Assembly: GCA_963924565.1 (NCBI GenBank)
Contig: OZ004609.1
Coordinates: 6,324,001 to 6,388,000, forward strand
Reading direction: 5' to 3'
Source of the DNA: Ascidiella aspersa
Taxonomy: Eukaryota
Length of the DNA: 64,000 bases
In this document: positions 1-12,800 of the stretch, one piece after another
How the letters are laid out: each line of letters opens with the position of its first letter
Numbering within the stretch: position 1 is the stretch's first letter
Notes under the pieces: model-generated
Database searches by the model: none
The model's input: only the letters and a program-made list of their open reading frames with translations
What the model was told of the DNA's origin: nothing
Translations under genes and position numbers: made by a program

Positions 1-363
1 CTTCGCAACAATGACCAAATACAGTTCCCAAATGCTAAAACCGGAGAAATTTTTATTCCTGTAAGACAGAGGCTCCAAAGGGGCGGAAAGTAGTAATGAC
101 CGGCGATTTTATTCACTTAAAATATTTGACCGAAGGAAAAATATGAAATCATTTAGCAATTTAAATAGTGATAGTTATAAAATGAACGTTTACATCGCAA
201 TTTCATCAAACTTGTTTTGATTGATATCCTACGACCTATTTCGTTGAATAACTTTTAACTTCGTTTTCCTAAAGATAAAGATGCCGCGATGCGCGAAAAT
301 TTACCCTGTAGGTCGCATCTGGCCGCAATTTGTTGAACATTTCGTTAAATAAACAGCACTTAC

Positions 364-589
364 TAGTTTCCGGGTGTCCAGGCTTTGTAGGCTGAGCTCC
401 CATTCCAGGATGTTCACCAGAGTCCTTATCGTTTTCCGATCGGACGCTACCTTTCTTGCCAGCAGCCGTCGGTTTCTTAGAGCTTTTAGACTTGGAGCTT
501 GAAAAGTCGGCAGCGGCTGTTCCAGAAGCGGAATCGGCTCTGGCCGAACGGCGCCCATGCTTTTGCTGTGTTGAACCCGCGATGCCCAT
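364..589 (-). CDS. First coding exon of an unidentified gene continuing off the left edge; N-terminal myristoylation motif plus Lys/Ser-rich linker
   Basis: ATG at 589 with an in-frame upstream TGA (635-637). MGIAGS fits MGxxxS. Exon ends at a consensus donor A|GTAAGT (GT 363-362, phase 1). CpG-rich sequence lies upstream. Confidence 0.7.
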
Positions 590-1110
590 TCTTTTGTCGG
601 CCGCGTTCCGTTCTAATTGTCCGCGAACGCTTGCTCAATATTTGCGCGCGGCGAAATAAAAGCGCACCGGCGTCGATTAGAATCGTCGCGAGCAAAGTGA
701 GACCGACCTTCAGTCGTAACTTTCGCCATTTGCACCTATTAACGCCATCCTCATATAGGTCTATGTGCCGAACGGCAATAACACTGCGCAACAAAAGAAG
801 AGTTGACGAGAATTGAGCGTTAAACGGATCTCTCACACGATGTTTGCCCACATAATCCCGCTCGACAATGTGTCTCGCCGTTATACCTATTGTGGTAAAG
901 CGAGACCCCGTTTATAAGGCCTGTGAGTAGCCCTTGAAAATATTTGTTTTTTTGTCAAAGTACCAGTCGCTTCGAGTGGCGTAACGCGGTCTACAAGTAG
1001 CGCAGTAGGCGGTCGTACTCGACTCGGCTTTTTTGCTGAACGGATTACGAGATAAGCCTCTTGCTGAGCTTTAAGCACGTTTGTTTAGATGCGTTTTGCG
1101 CGTGGCGGCG
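590..1110 (-). promoter_or_regulatory. CpG-rich 5' UTR/promoter region of the left-edge gene
   Basis: High GC and CpG density directly upstream of the ATG exon, falling to AT-rich sequence after about 1110; start site not located. Confidence 0.45.
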
Positions 1111-1755
1111 ATAAATGGAGTAGGGTATGGTTGTTGGTTGGGGTTTTGTTATTTTTAAGGAAATAGCACTGCACCAATAACTATAGTACATTTTTGAACT
1201 TTTTGTCGCCGGAAACTTCTCAAACTGACAATTCTGCGTTTTTCGTAGAGGTTTTTCTTTTTATGTGAGCATTGCCGTAGTTTTGAAGTAAAACGAACAG
1301 TTTGGTTACATTTAGAAATCGAAAAAAGAAAGTTTTTTGACTAAGGAACGAAAATTGTGTTTATGAGAACTTTGATTAATTTAAGAAAGAAAAGTTTCAG
1401 ATGATACCTTTTTCTCCAATTTTCTCTCACAAGTTCACCGATTTTCATTCAATTGTTTATTCACCTTAGAAAATCTTTGTTCATACTTCAGATATGTTTC
1501 AGACAACTATTGCAAACGATATGGGTAATGCGACATTGTCGGTGTTTGCCAAGACGATAGTAAATGTTTCAGGTAAAACGCCTAACTAATTTTAAAATTA
1601 TTATATTTCAGCTATTACTCGGATAAAGCCTAGTTTTTAATTTTTTGCCTTAAGGTGCGCGCTTTTTTTAATTTATTGAATAAAGAATTAGAATTAGAAT
1701 TATATCCTTAATATATCAACAGGGACTGTACAGTAAGTGAATTTCAACATTAGTA

Positions 1756-2455
1756 CAGTGATTCTTAACCCATGGGTCGCGACCCAAAATTGTGTCGCGG
1801 TTTAATTTGTTTGGGTCGCTAACTGCATTAATTTTATATCAGTGATTCTCAACCTTTTTTAGACCCAGAGCCGCATTTCAAACCTAAGGATTGCAAGGAG
1901 CCGCATAAAAAACAACAGTAGGCATATAATGAAAAAACATTAAAATAGCAACAAGAAAACAACAAATATACATCACGCTAGCCTAGGCTAACTAATTAAC
2001 AGTGTTTGCCATAGCTTTGCCTATTGCCATAGCTTGGCGATCAGGACTAAATATATTGTGACGTAACAAACCACAAAATTATTTTAAAGAGCCGGACGGA
2101 AGTAGGCTACCCGGTAACATTAATACTTCGTACTCGGGGTCCTTGCTGATCAAATTCATTCACTTTTAATTTATTTTACTTCCTTTGTTGCAGTTCTGCT
2201 ACTGCTACTAACTAATTTTTCACTCCGTTAGTGAGAGCCGCAAAATGTACAGTTGAGCCGCGGTTGAGAATCACTGTTTTATATGGTTAGAATTATTGAT
2301 GTTGATTCTGCAAAACATTTCCACAATACTTGAAACACTGGTGGAACCAGAAGAAGACATGGCTCATATTAATCAAATTTAAACTGATTAATGCCAATGT
2401 CTTATGTTTGGTTCGCTTACAAAGTTCAGTCAAGAGAATTGGGTCGCCAAACTTT
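1756..2455. mobile_element. Older hAT-type MITE interrupted by the 1840-2276 element; right end not defined
   Basis: Starts CAGTGATTCTTAACCCATGGGTCGCGACCC; GGGTCGC motifs recur near 1813 and 2441, either side of the insert. Confidence 0.5.
1840..2276. mobile_element. hAT-type MITE with perfect TIRs and 8-bp TSD
   Basis: 15-bp TIRs CAGTGATTCTCAACC ... GGTTGAGAATCACTG; TSD TTTTATAT at 1832-1839 and 2277-2284; subterminal GAGCCG(C) motifs. Confidence 0.9.
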
Positions 2456-3190
2456 CGCCTTTTAAATTTGAATAACAGAACAACGAAAGATTCGCGCCAC
2501 GCACAGGAGTGCTTACTCTGTCACGTGTGTTTCGCTGTTGGGGAGAACAGTACAAAGGCGAAAATGCGCCAGATATCGATTGACCGCGTCTGCCGTAAGT
2601 GCTTTAGCGTTCGACTTTAGCGCGCAAACCGAGAGTCTAAGACCGCAAGTCAATGAACGTCAACTAACATGCAGAAGCGCTAGGGTAAAATGGGCGCCAT
2701 TTGTTGACATGTTACATTGATATTAGCAAGTTAATTCCTTAGAAGTTTATATGGCCACTATAGCCGAAGTTTTTTATGGCCAACTTTGAAACCACTGTTC
2801 CCTCTAAAAGATTTTCAATCTAAATGAACTTATTTTACTAGAGTGGCTATTGTTAGGCAGAGTAGCCGAGTTCCTAATAAAAAAAATTGTTTTAAGTAGT
2901 AACAAAATGCGACCTTAGCACACCACTAACAAAATATGAACAAACGGCACATTTGATTCACATAAATTCTCTACGTTATTCTTTTCCAAAGTCTAATTAC
3001 TTTGTTTAGATTTATTGGTGAATTTTAATAACAAATCACATTGCATTGCTTTTTAACTTGCATTTTGAAAACCTGAAATAACATTTGTTATAGCAGTGAA
3101 ACGTCAACATAACGGGAAATTAAGTATTTTTATTTTCAAATATATCTTACTATTTGGGTACACTATGCACGGATCTGTAATGTAGCTTAA

Positions 3191-3291
3191 TAATAAATTT
3201 CAAAGCCAAAAAGGTGATACAAGTTCGTATCGAAACGTCTTAATCAAGATGCTGTCGTTCTACTCGACCTTTTTGGCTTTGAAATTTATTA
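3191..3291. repeat. Perfect 25-bp inverted repeat with 51-bp spacer; possible Penelope-like element remnant
   Basis: TAATAAATTTCAAAGCCAAAAAGGT (3191-3215) and its reverse complement (3267-3291); 13-bp direct repeat TATATCTTACTAT at 3141 and 3290. Confidence 0.8.
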
Positions 3292-3363
3292 TATCTTACT
3301 ATCTTTCATAAACTAGCCAAGCTACAAAACTATAAATATTTTGAAGACTAATTTTAACAGAAC

Positions 3364-3440
3364 CACATATGAAAATTGCAATTATGAAAAAAAAACACAT
3401 ATGAAAATTGCAAAGAAGACACATATGAAAATTGCAATTA
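3364..3440. repeat. Short tandem repeat, three copies of CACATATGAAAATTGCAA
   Basis: Three copies with short A-rich spacers. Confidence 0.85.
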
Positions 3441-6400
3441 CTGCCTGACAATTTGAATGATTTGAAATTTTATAGACAACTTGACGCATTTAAACACAAA
3501 AAAATCACCTGTATCATAGTAGCATCCCTTTTCTGAAATACATTGACATTTTTATAAAAGCGTGTCAACAACAATAGTAAACTTTGCAAAATTATCTGCA
3601 CAATCACATGCAAACATTTCCAACTCAACTAATGACCAGCAAATGTCATATGGCACTTTTTCCGAAGATCAAATGCTTTAAAACGCCATACAATGGGAGT
3701 GCAAATTTGCCCACAAATCAAATGTACCTCAAAGCGAATTCAATGCGGAGCAGCGGAAACAGCTGCGTCAGCATTGGGGCATCTATGTCCTTTACACAGC
3801 AGTCCTATAGAAAACTCCTTTATGTATCCGGCCTACAGCTCAAACATCGGGCATTTAATTTTGGCGCTGAGGTGCATATCAGAACGCACGTCGCGCGAAT
3901 AAGAGGAATACATGTATTTGGAAAGGGGTTGGGCTTGTCCAGAGTATGTGGGCAGAGAGGCGCGTGACTACACAAAGCTTCGTTTACAGATGAAATTACA
4001 GTTTGGACGGATAGTCTTCCCAGCTCACGAAGTGTCGAAAACGCGCTAGTTTACTGACTCAATTCGTTGTTTAAATTGAGCAAATATCAGAGGCAATCAC
4101 GCCCGAATCAAACCACACCTGCGTCGCTTCTAGGGCGAGGAGCGTCGCTTGGCAACCGATGATGTTGACAGGCGATAACATAACTTGTTATGTCACCTTC
4201 GCACAATGTCTGTCAATTAAGATGGACCACCAGCTGAAATGTAAGCCAGCATCCTGGCTTCAAGGTTTAGCTTTGGTGGCTGTCAAACATAAATTTTTAG
4301 TGGCCGTAACTATTTATCTATATATGTTATCCATATTTTAGGTACGATGAATATTTTAAAAGGGCGTTATGCAAAATATAAGAAACTTTTTTTAACTTCC
4401 TTAATACACTTCTTAATCACGTCCTGTATACTTTGCGTATACTTATGTTAACGACCATACTCCATTCGTATTTCAACAAAAGCAAAACATACAGCAACTA
4501 TAGCAAAACTAGCTTTTTTGCAAACTGACACAATATCTAAAAGGCAACTGCTTTTAGATTAACAAGATTGAGTTCTCAGATAAAACACACTTTCAACACA
4601 ATCCACTTCCTTTCAACAAAAAATCCACACTTTCTTGCGGCGTAGCAAATTCGACGCTTGAAAAGTTTTTCCTGCTTTTAACATGATTCTAATTTTACAC
4701 GACGAAGTTCTTATTAAAGGAAATCGTCTGAATTTCCTGACTTAGGAACATCCTGATTTTGGATTTGTTTAGCAAAATGTTTATGCGGCTTACACTCAGC
4801 TGGACTATTATCTACGCTGATTTCAGCAATACAATATTATTATGTGCTCTGCATTCTTAAAAATCCGATTTAAGCCTTATTTTCTAAACATAACTAAACA
4901 ACCTGCGCCCAAGAAGGTGGTATAGGCTTCTATAGTCTGCTTTAAAATCCTATTTGCACAAAAGTTTTCCATTTGTCGGCTACTGAAACTCACAATTTTA
5001 TTTCCGTCATATCAGTTATCTTCAGGCACTGGACATTCAAAAAAGCAGCACGGCATCAATATATTTTGTTCACTGAATTTCTGAATAAGGTTTTTCCGTA
5101 TAACGAGTGCCAATTATACGACAAATTTAACTGCTTCCATGACAGTACGAGAAAGCCGTGACTACACGACTGATTTGATTAACGTTATCTCGAGGTAAAC
5201 CTTTACCTGAGCTCGCCACAACAGTTCTATCTTCCTCAACATCGTCTGTGACATGGGTTTACTGAAACACAAAGCAGAAGACAGATTATCCCATTGAGCG
5301 CTCGAATCTTGCCTAAACCACAGTGCAAACATAGAAAAGTAGTAAAACTCGAACAACAGATAAATACACACGTCGAACACATTTGTTTAAAATTCTAAGT
5401 TGTCAATTCATTTACCAAACTTGAACTTGATTGTATTAATCTAATACCTGACTTGATTACGTTAAGCTTAAAACTCTTACGTCAAATATGTGTTTTAGCC
5501 ATTAAAGTCAAATTGATTTAATAGTTTGATTGTTTATTTTTTCCAAAAGGATTGCAACAAACCTAATCGCAAATGTTCCCTACGTAATAGACAACAGAAA
5601 GTCAATTCCAAGTAAGTATACTTGACTCAAACGAGACGATTAATATGTATCACCACTTATGGTCAATATTTAATCAAGTATATATTGACGTAGAAGAATA
5701 TCGTAAATGGAACGTCGCACACCTCATATGACTGTGACAGTGATCTATCACCATTATGCTGAACCAGGTAACACATTCTAGGAATATCAAAGCCTATAAA
5801 CATAGCGATACTCGAAACGTTCAAAATGTTACCTTAATAACCTTAATACTTCTATATAAGTCTTGGCATTTCTACTATACTATATAGGTATACTATAGGT
5901 AAAACCAAAACCGCCAACGATTACGCTCCAAAGTAGCATGTTAATTTGTCCGTTTAAACAATAAATAACGATGATTTAAAACACATAGAGTGAATGTGTG
6001 CTGAATCAACACGAATTAGGCTTTAAAATAAACTTATGCTTCAACATAAATAATTCTTTTTTCGAAAGTATATTTTCTCCGTTACAAAATTTCACCTTTT
6101 CTGAGACTGTTGTTTGCATAGGACGTGTTGGATAAACTTACTTCGCAGGAACCCTGTTCTGCGTCATAAGGTTCAAGGGTGCCTTGAGACAAACTGACAA
6201 ACGTACGCTTGGTTCCCCATGATAACAGAGTAGTGCTTAAATGCTTTTAAAGTGTACGAAACGTGCTTATCGCTACAAAGTTGCGCAGTAAAATCACAAA
6301 AATGCGTTGTATACGCAACAGCATTGGATTGTGTTGGCAGGTTTACTGGAACACAATAGTGGCTATCGCATAAAAATCGTGTTCGCGTATCGCAAATGAA

Positions 6401-6878
6401 CCATAAAACTTACAGTTTTGTAAATCCTCCATTATTACCGTCACTGTTGCAATATGACGGGCGGATTATGTCTGAGCTAAACTTATGCCTATTTCAACCT
6501 AACGCTTATGTAAAAAGTTTCTAGCCTGATTTAACCCTTACTCAACCTTCCGTTTAAAGTTTACACCCGCGCCTTTTTAAAACACTTTCGCGGACAGTCA
6601 ACGAATAGTATGGACCCCGCCACGAAGCCACAATAAACACAGAATTTACCACAGAACCCCATTGGCTCAAAGGTGTTGATATATTAGCTTTAACACGTAC
6701 AACGCGCTTGGCGAAGCCGCCTGTCTGACTCGTGAACCAACATAAAAGCTGGGAAAGTTTCCAACGACACGCAAAGCCGAAAGGCAAAGAGTCTCATCTC
6801 TTATCATAGCAACATTGGTCCTGTTACCCTCGCTGCGGCTAATCAAGAATTAACAGTGGCAGAGATATAGTTCGTTTA

Positions 6879-7128
6879 AAATTTTACTTCACGCAATTAT
6901 TGTGCCTATTAATAATGATACTTTGCCGAAACTGCAACCTTCTAGATTTTATATTCATTCGTCACCACCCGCGGTAATTAAGAATAAACAGGGGCTGAGA
7001 TAAAGTTTGTTCGAAATTTTACTCAATTAATGTGCCTACACTAGCAAATATGATCCAAATCCGCAACCTTCTAGATTTTGCCTTCAAAGGAATTTGTCAT
7101 CGCATGTGGTAATCACGAATAAACAGAG
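6879..7128. repeat. Diverged two-copy tandem duplication, unit about 135 bp
   Basis: Repeated anchors AATTTTACT, TGTGCCTA, GCAACCTTCTAGATTTT, GAATAAACAG. Confidence 0.7.
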
Positions 7129-9630
7129 CCACTGCTAACTTTCCATTTGGTCTGCAAGTTTTGCCTATACCTTTCCGTCCTGCTGCTACACACTGTTCTT
7201 TCTTCCCGACGACCCTAATTAAATTTCAAGGTGAGACAGGCTCACAGAACCACCGCCCCCCTTCTACCCGCTTATTCTCGCTCTCTGCGTAAATAAGTCC
7301 ACTTACTACACACCCGCGCCCGGCGAGTATTGATTTTGTCAAATATGGTCGGAGCGCCGATTAGATACGACGCGGCCCGGAGCCCACTTAGCTCGTCGTT
7401 TGTGCGCGATCACCTCGCTTAAGTGGATTAGGCAGCGATTAAACGACCCAGCCGGAGCCTACAGGTCGGCTCTGTTCGCTTTATACTGTAGCTGCTTTAA
7501 TGGGGGAAGCCGCTAGCGCCACCGGTACTTACTTCTGAGCTATAGTTATAAGTACTGCATTGCCCACGTCGGCTTATTTTGTTCAACTATGGTTATTTAA
7601 GATTTTTTTTTCTAAACATCACGTTAAGCTTTTTTTTCTAGTAGTACCACAAAACTGCTTACTTATTTTACATTACGTTGATGATATCTTCAGTATATGT
7701 TAGTTATTCAGGATTCCCGATAATATCAGATAACATCATCCGATTTCGATTTTAAGTGGTAGTTTATAATAGTAGCCTGATACTGGGTTGTTTCGGCGCC
7801 GATTCAATTCCAAATTGATAGAATGTTGACTAGTGGTAACGAAGCGTTCTCTGCCTCAAAATTAACGTTTTTTTGTGTAAGTTGGTTAACAACTGCGGTT
7901 ATCTGAATTTTTAACAGCAAAATAAATTTGTGGTCTAATTTTCGATCTTATAATCGTTTCAGCTACAAGTGAGTTATGTATGGCAAAAAATCACTCTTAA
8001 ACCGCAGTTTCGTTTTCATTATTTTTCTTGTAACTTTCAATATGACAGCGAAACATCAGCTTAATTTATATATAGTTTTCTTCCATATAGTTGTGTTGTT
8101 GCACATTAAACTTGTTTTATAATCTTTACACAACCATTAGTGTGGCAACACCAATAAAATCCTTCTGACCTAACTAAAGACATATTGCAAGACATATGTG
8201 GTAAATAACTAGTGGTAAAGTTTTGGAATAAATATTAATAGAAAAACCGTAGAAGTTTCAAATGAAGCATGGCTAAGACGCCGGCGGTTCAATAAGAAAA
8301 TATTACCAACTCCGTAGTTCCGTAAAGACCAGATGCTATGAGTAGCACAGGATTGTGAGAGCTGCATGTATTAGTGGTGACTTCGCAGTGACCGGAACAC
8401 TCTGTCAAACAAACTACACGGCGCACACCACAATAAAAAGTATATATAGTTAACGAACGAAGTATAACGAAGTGACCCATCTGAATGTAAAATGTCAAAC
8501 TATATGGTAGGCCTATAAGAATAGAAAGTGATGGAAGGCGTGGTAAAGACAGGGGGTAGGCTAATAGTAGAAATCATTCTGGTGTAATTTTTATTCTAAA
8601 AATTTTTATTTCAAGTTGTCCTGCTAATTACATCATGTGATTTTTCGGTCGCGCCTTTATGCTGCTCTACTCGTGGCAGGTTAACTTATTTTAATGCCCG
8701 TATGGCGTATGCGCACCAACTTCTGCTTTCAAATCAACAATCCAATTTGCTAGACATTCTAAGATGCCAATAAATTACATCAAGAAATTAGTATGTAGTA
8801 GTTTAATACGTAAAAAAACTAAATGTCGCGGATGTCAGAATAAGACAGATCATGATTCAAAACGACTTTTTTTAATTATAAAACTTTTTCTAATTATATT
8901 CTATTCGTATGAAACATTTACATTTTTTTACTTTGGTTTAGAAAAGCAACAGTTTCAAACAAAACTAATTACAAGTTAAATTACCTTGTCTGTAAAAATT
9001 AAAAAAAAATCCATAAATTATATGCTAAAGACAAATCGTTAACAAATGTAAAAATGAAAGTTTTATAAAAATTTAACCCATCTCACTGACATGCCTGGTT
9101 ACTGAGAGAAATTCATTACTCTGTACGAATAAGAACAACAGCTGGATGTGATTGCATTTTTGATGATTTATTTTGGCATAGGATTCGGATAAGAAGAAAC
9201 ATCATGGCAGCTTCTATAAATTTATGTGCACATATTATATGTAACGCGGGATAGCAACAATATAAGCATATAAGGAATATAATATAGGCAACTCAAGCAA
9301 CGGCTAAAAAACAGTATGTTTAAGGTAATCGAAATGATCGGTTTAATATCTTTACTACAGTTAATCTTAGAATGAGTTCTGGTCATCAATGAACAATTGA
9401 AATTGCCGTACTAGTGCGTGGAGTAAACACCAAGGTCTACAGTATATAAAAGTAGAACGCAATATTTTCCCGTTTTGATAAAACATTTATTAACTTTTAT
9501 AATTCGATGAAATTTATCTATAACTAAGATCTATTTATTCGTTTGTTCAGGATGAAGTTATTTCAGTAAACGAGAGGATGAATTTACCGTGAAAGCAGGA
9601 GTTGTTACGCTGCTAATATGACTTAATACA

Positions 9631-9636
9631 TTTATT
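9631..9636 (-). terminator. Candidate polyadenylation signal of the VWA-pentraxin gene
   Basis: AATAAA on the minus strand about 45 nt after the stop; others occur further downstream. Confidence 0.4.
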
Positions 9637-9680
9637 TTTGGTTATATATAATTATGCGACAAAAGCTGTTATGCTCCCTT

Positions 9681-9891
9681 TTATCCGGAGCGATAAGGTC
9701 TCTGGGAACATACGTCACACCAGTTCTTGGCCGACCTGCTGACGTAAGTACCGTGCACTTCAAGGTTATCGGGGGTAACGTGAAGGACATTGCCGAACAC
9801 GTTCTGACACGTGGAGGCGATCTTCATTTCCCGTCGGTTAAGCACATACGACCACATGTTGAAACCGGATATGGAGCCCCTGAACTGCTGG
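9681..9891 (-). CDS. Exon 17 (last): pentraxin C-terminus
   Basis: QQFRGSISGFNMWSYVLNRREM...C...GNVL matches the pentraxin FxGxIxxxNxWxxVL and GNV motifs; acceptor tttag; TAA at 9681-9683. Confidence 0.9.
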
Positions 9892-12800
9892 CTAAAGGAA
9901 ATCATTTGATCTTAGTATTTTGAAGCAAGAAGGCCTCTCAACGGCGCTCAAGCTATCGACGTTTAGTGTTAAGGTAAGTTTGGTTGTGGATATTGAACAT
10001 CAAGCAAAAAACGATCGTTATCTCTGGATGACAAAACGAAAAGGAATCAAACCAATATTTTGTTGGATATTGAATACATATTTATATTGCTCCATTAGTA
10101 GAACATCGGTCCCTGTTTGACCACGGTCGTGAGTTCGAACCTCACCGCAAGCCAGTTGTCCTAGCCTGGCCTTGGCTTGCTCGAAAATCCATATATATTT
10201 ATAAATATATACACATATATGCAACAACGGTTTTTACTTTAGGATTATTAAATAGAAAATAGGATTTACAATTTTATGCAAACATTTTTTTCGTTGGTGC
10301 TGCAACCGTCATAAATTTGCAAACTTTGCACCTCAAAGCCAGAAATACGTTTAGCAAAATATATGATTAACTGAAGAAACGTATCCGTTTAAACCCTGAT
10401 AAATGCTACCACATGCAGGAAAAGTTAATGCTATTGAACAAGCAGTTGTGTTTGGGTATATATATTTAAACATCGCTTTACAATAATTTCATTAACCCAT
10501 TGGTCGTATCGTTTCACCATACGTAAGACCGGTGGTTCTCAACCGGGGTGCCGCGGCAATCTCGGGTGCCATTTTTAACACTCATGGGTGAGAAATATTT
10601 CACATTCTTTAGGATTCCAATTTTTGCTCTATTGTTAAGCTTCTTAATACAATATTTTGTGTACGATAAAACCGCCAAAAATTAAAAAAAATTTGAACCA
10701 TTTTTTACAGTTAATGTGCTATTTCAATCTCGTTTATTTATCGTTACAGTTAACCACCCAGCAAAAACACGAGTAAAGGTGCAACATTCCATTTATAATT
10801 TCTGCATGGATGCCGCAAGCCAAAAAAGTTTGCGAAATACTGCGTTAGTTCAAAACGTAATTAAGTTAAATCTGGTAAACTAAATTGGTTTAAAAACTAT
10901 AATTAAGGATAAAGTTGTTTTGAATATAAAAAATAGCTACGTGATTAACTTGCGAGCTTTGGGGCGTACAGTATACGAAAAAAATTACTGCCTGTTTTGG
11001 GATAATAGAATAGCTATATAGAGCGGATTTGGACTTACTGGTATTGGATGCACCCCCCTGGGCAATCCTGGTCGGTTCCAAGATACAGACTTCCACCGCC
11101 TCTGACCTTGCGGTTAAGAGCATGTGGTTTCTTAGAGGTGCCCAAGATTCTGCCGTTTACGTAAACTATCGACTGTCCTATCCTCCCGTCCCAGCTTGCA
11201 CAGACGAAAGTCCAAATTCGGTGTGGAAGGAACGGTCTGTTGCCTGGTTTGGACAATACGCGTGTTAGCCGTCGAAAAGCACAAAAAACACAAACAAATC
11301 CTCAAACACGTTCACAGTCGAATAGTTATGGGGTTAATCCACTCAAAATAATGTCCTTTGCGTGTGTTGCTAAGTCAGGATTCGTATGAGCCCGTGTTAT
11401 TAGGTTGTTTCAGGTGGCGCAAATGTCGAAATATTAATCTTAATATTACGAAAAGCTTAAAAACGATGCATATTATTGATCACTCAATAAAAACAAACAT
11501 ACTTTTAGATGCCTGCTGATTTTTACTGTGGTATATTTCAAACTTGCCTTTGAAGATCAATAATTTTACGAGATACTATTTTATAGAATTTTACTTTCTT
11601 CATAGAATTAAGCGAATTTTGTTATATAAAACATTTTGAAGTTTAAAAACGATCCAGTAAATTAAAGTTACTTCGAGAAAACTTAAGCTTTAGATACGAG
11701 CATCTGAGTTAACCTGTTGAAATAATTTATTATTTTTTCGACTATTGTGAGCTTCATTGGGATAAGTTAGGAATTCCTTAGCTTGTTATTTCAAATTTAA
11801 TTATACTTCCACACAAACTTACAAAATTCCCCGAAATATATGCCAGCATATATCAATCCATGTTAACGATAAGACCTCTTTAGATTCCAGCTGAACATTG
11901 CAAAGGTAAACGTTGTTCTATATCTATTTGCTATTTCGTAATACCTTGATATCTTTTGTCGTCAACCCGAAAGTGGAAACCGTTCATGGCGTGCAGATAG
12001 AAAAGGATCTCGTTGTCTTCTTCTGGGACAGCATAGCTGAATATCGCCGCATGCTGAAACCTAAAGGATGGCAATTGACACTCTTAAAAACGAGATATTC
12101 TTTCATTCAGACTCTTGGCGTTCTAGTAAAAGCTTTATGTCTAACTCCTTACGTTGTATTTCTCTTAATTTCATAACCAACCAATATCAACTACAGATAC
12201 TGTATTTAATTTGTTGACAAAATACCCTAACAAATTATTTCGCGGACTCCTGGGAAGAAGCCTCCCGGGTAACACCTTTAAAAATATGTATGTATCACAC
12301 ATAAGTCGGGCAATATCATTCCTTTAAGTTTTGTCCCATAAACCGCGTGCCTTTTCGGGTTTCGCCCCAAAATCCTACTCCCCACTAAAGCATTGGACAC
12401 CAAATCCAGGATAATGTCCAATGGATAAAATACCTTCAATCATATATCTTTAATATGAGTTGTTGTGGAGGACAAACTGCAAGCAGCTCAAGCGTAGTGA
12501 TTAACTAACAAACTTGGCTAACTGGATGTTTGAAACATTTGCCATTTAAGTGGCATGAACAGATAGGGATTAAACTGCGATTAACAAAAAAAAAAATTCA
12601 TATGACGTTTTAGCAAAACCCTTATTCATAGGCGATTAGCAAAACCCTATTTCATGAAGTGCCAATGTAAAACTTCTGTTTGAGTTGATAAGCATTTATC
12701 CTACAGTTAATTTCTCATTATAGGTATAGCAACACGTAGGAAAACAATAGGCTTTTGTGATGGAAAATAAATTCATTCAAATAAATACCCTTATTTATAC

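Noticed and set aside
3364-3440. CRISPR-like repeat-spacer array
   Set aside because: Eukaryotic context, three copies, short A-rich spacers and no cas genes.
5162-5380. Minus-strand ORF with a CAG|GTAAAG donor as an alternative first exon of the left-edge gene
   Set aside because: The open frame ends in phase 0 whereas the left gene needs phase 1; the phase 1 frame has stops.
8307-8401. Possible orphan Cys-containing minus-strand exon (CSGHCEVTTNTC...)
   Set aside because: Splice-like ends exist but there are no partner exons or recognisable domain, and it lies beyond the pentraxin stop.
10105-10160. tRNA gene
   Set aside because: Only a T-arm/B-box-like piece; no acceptor stem, anticodon arm or poly-T terminator.
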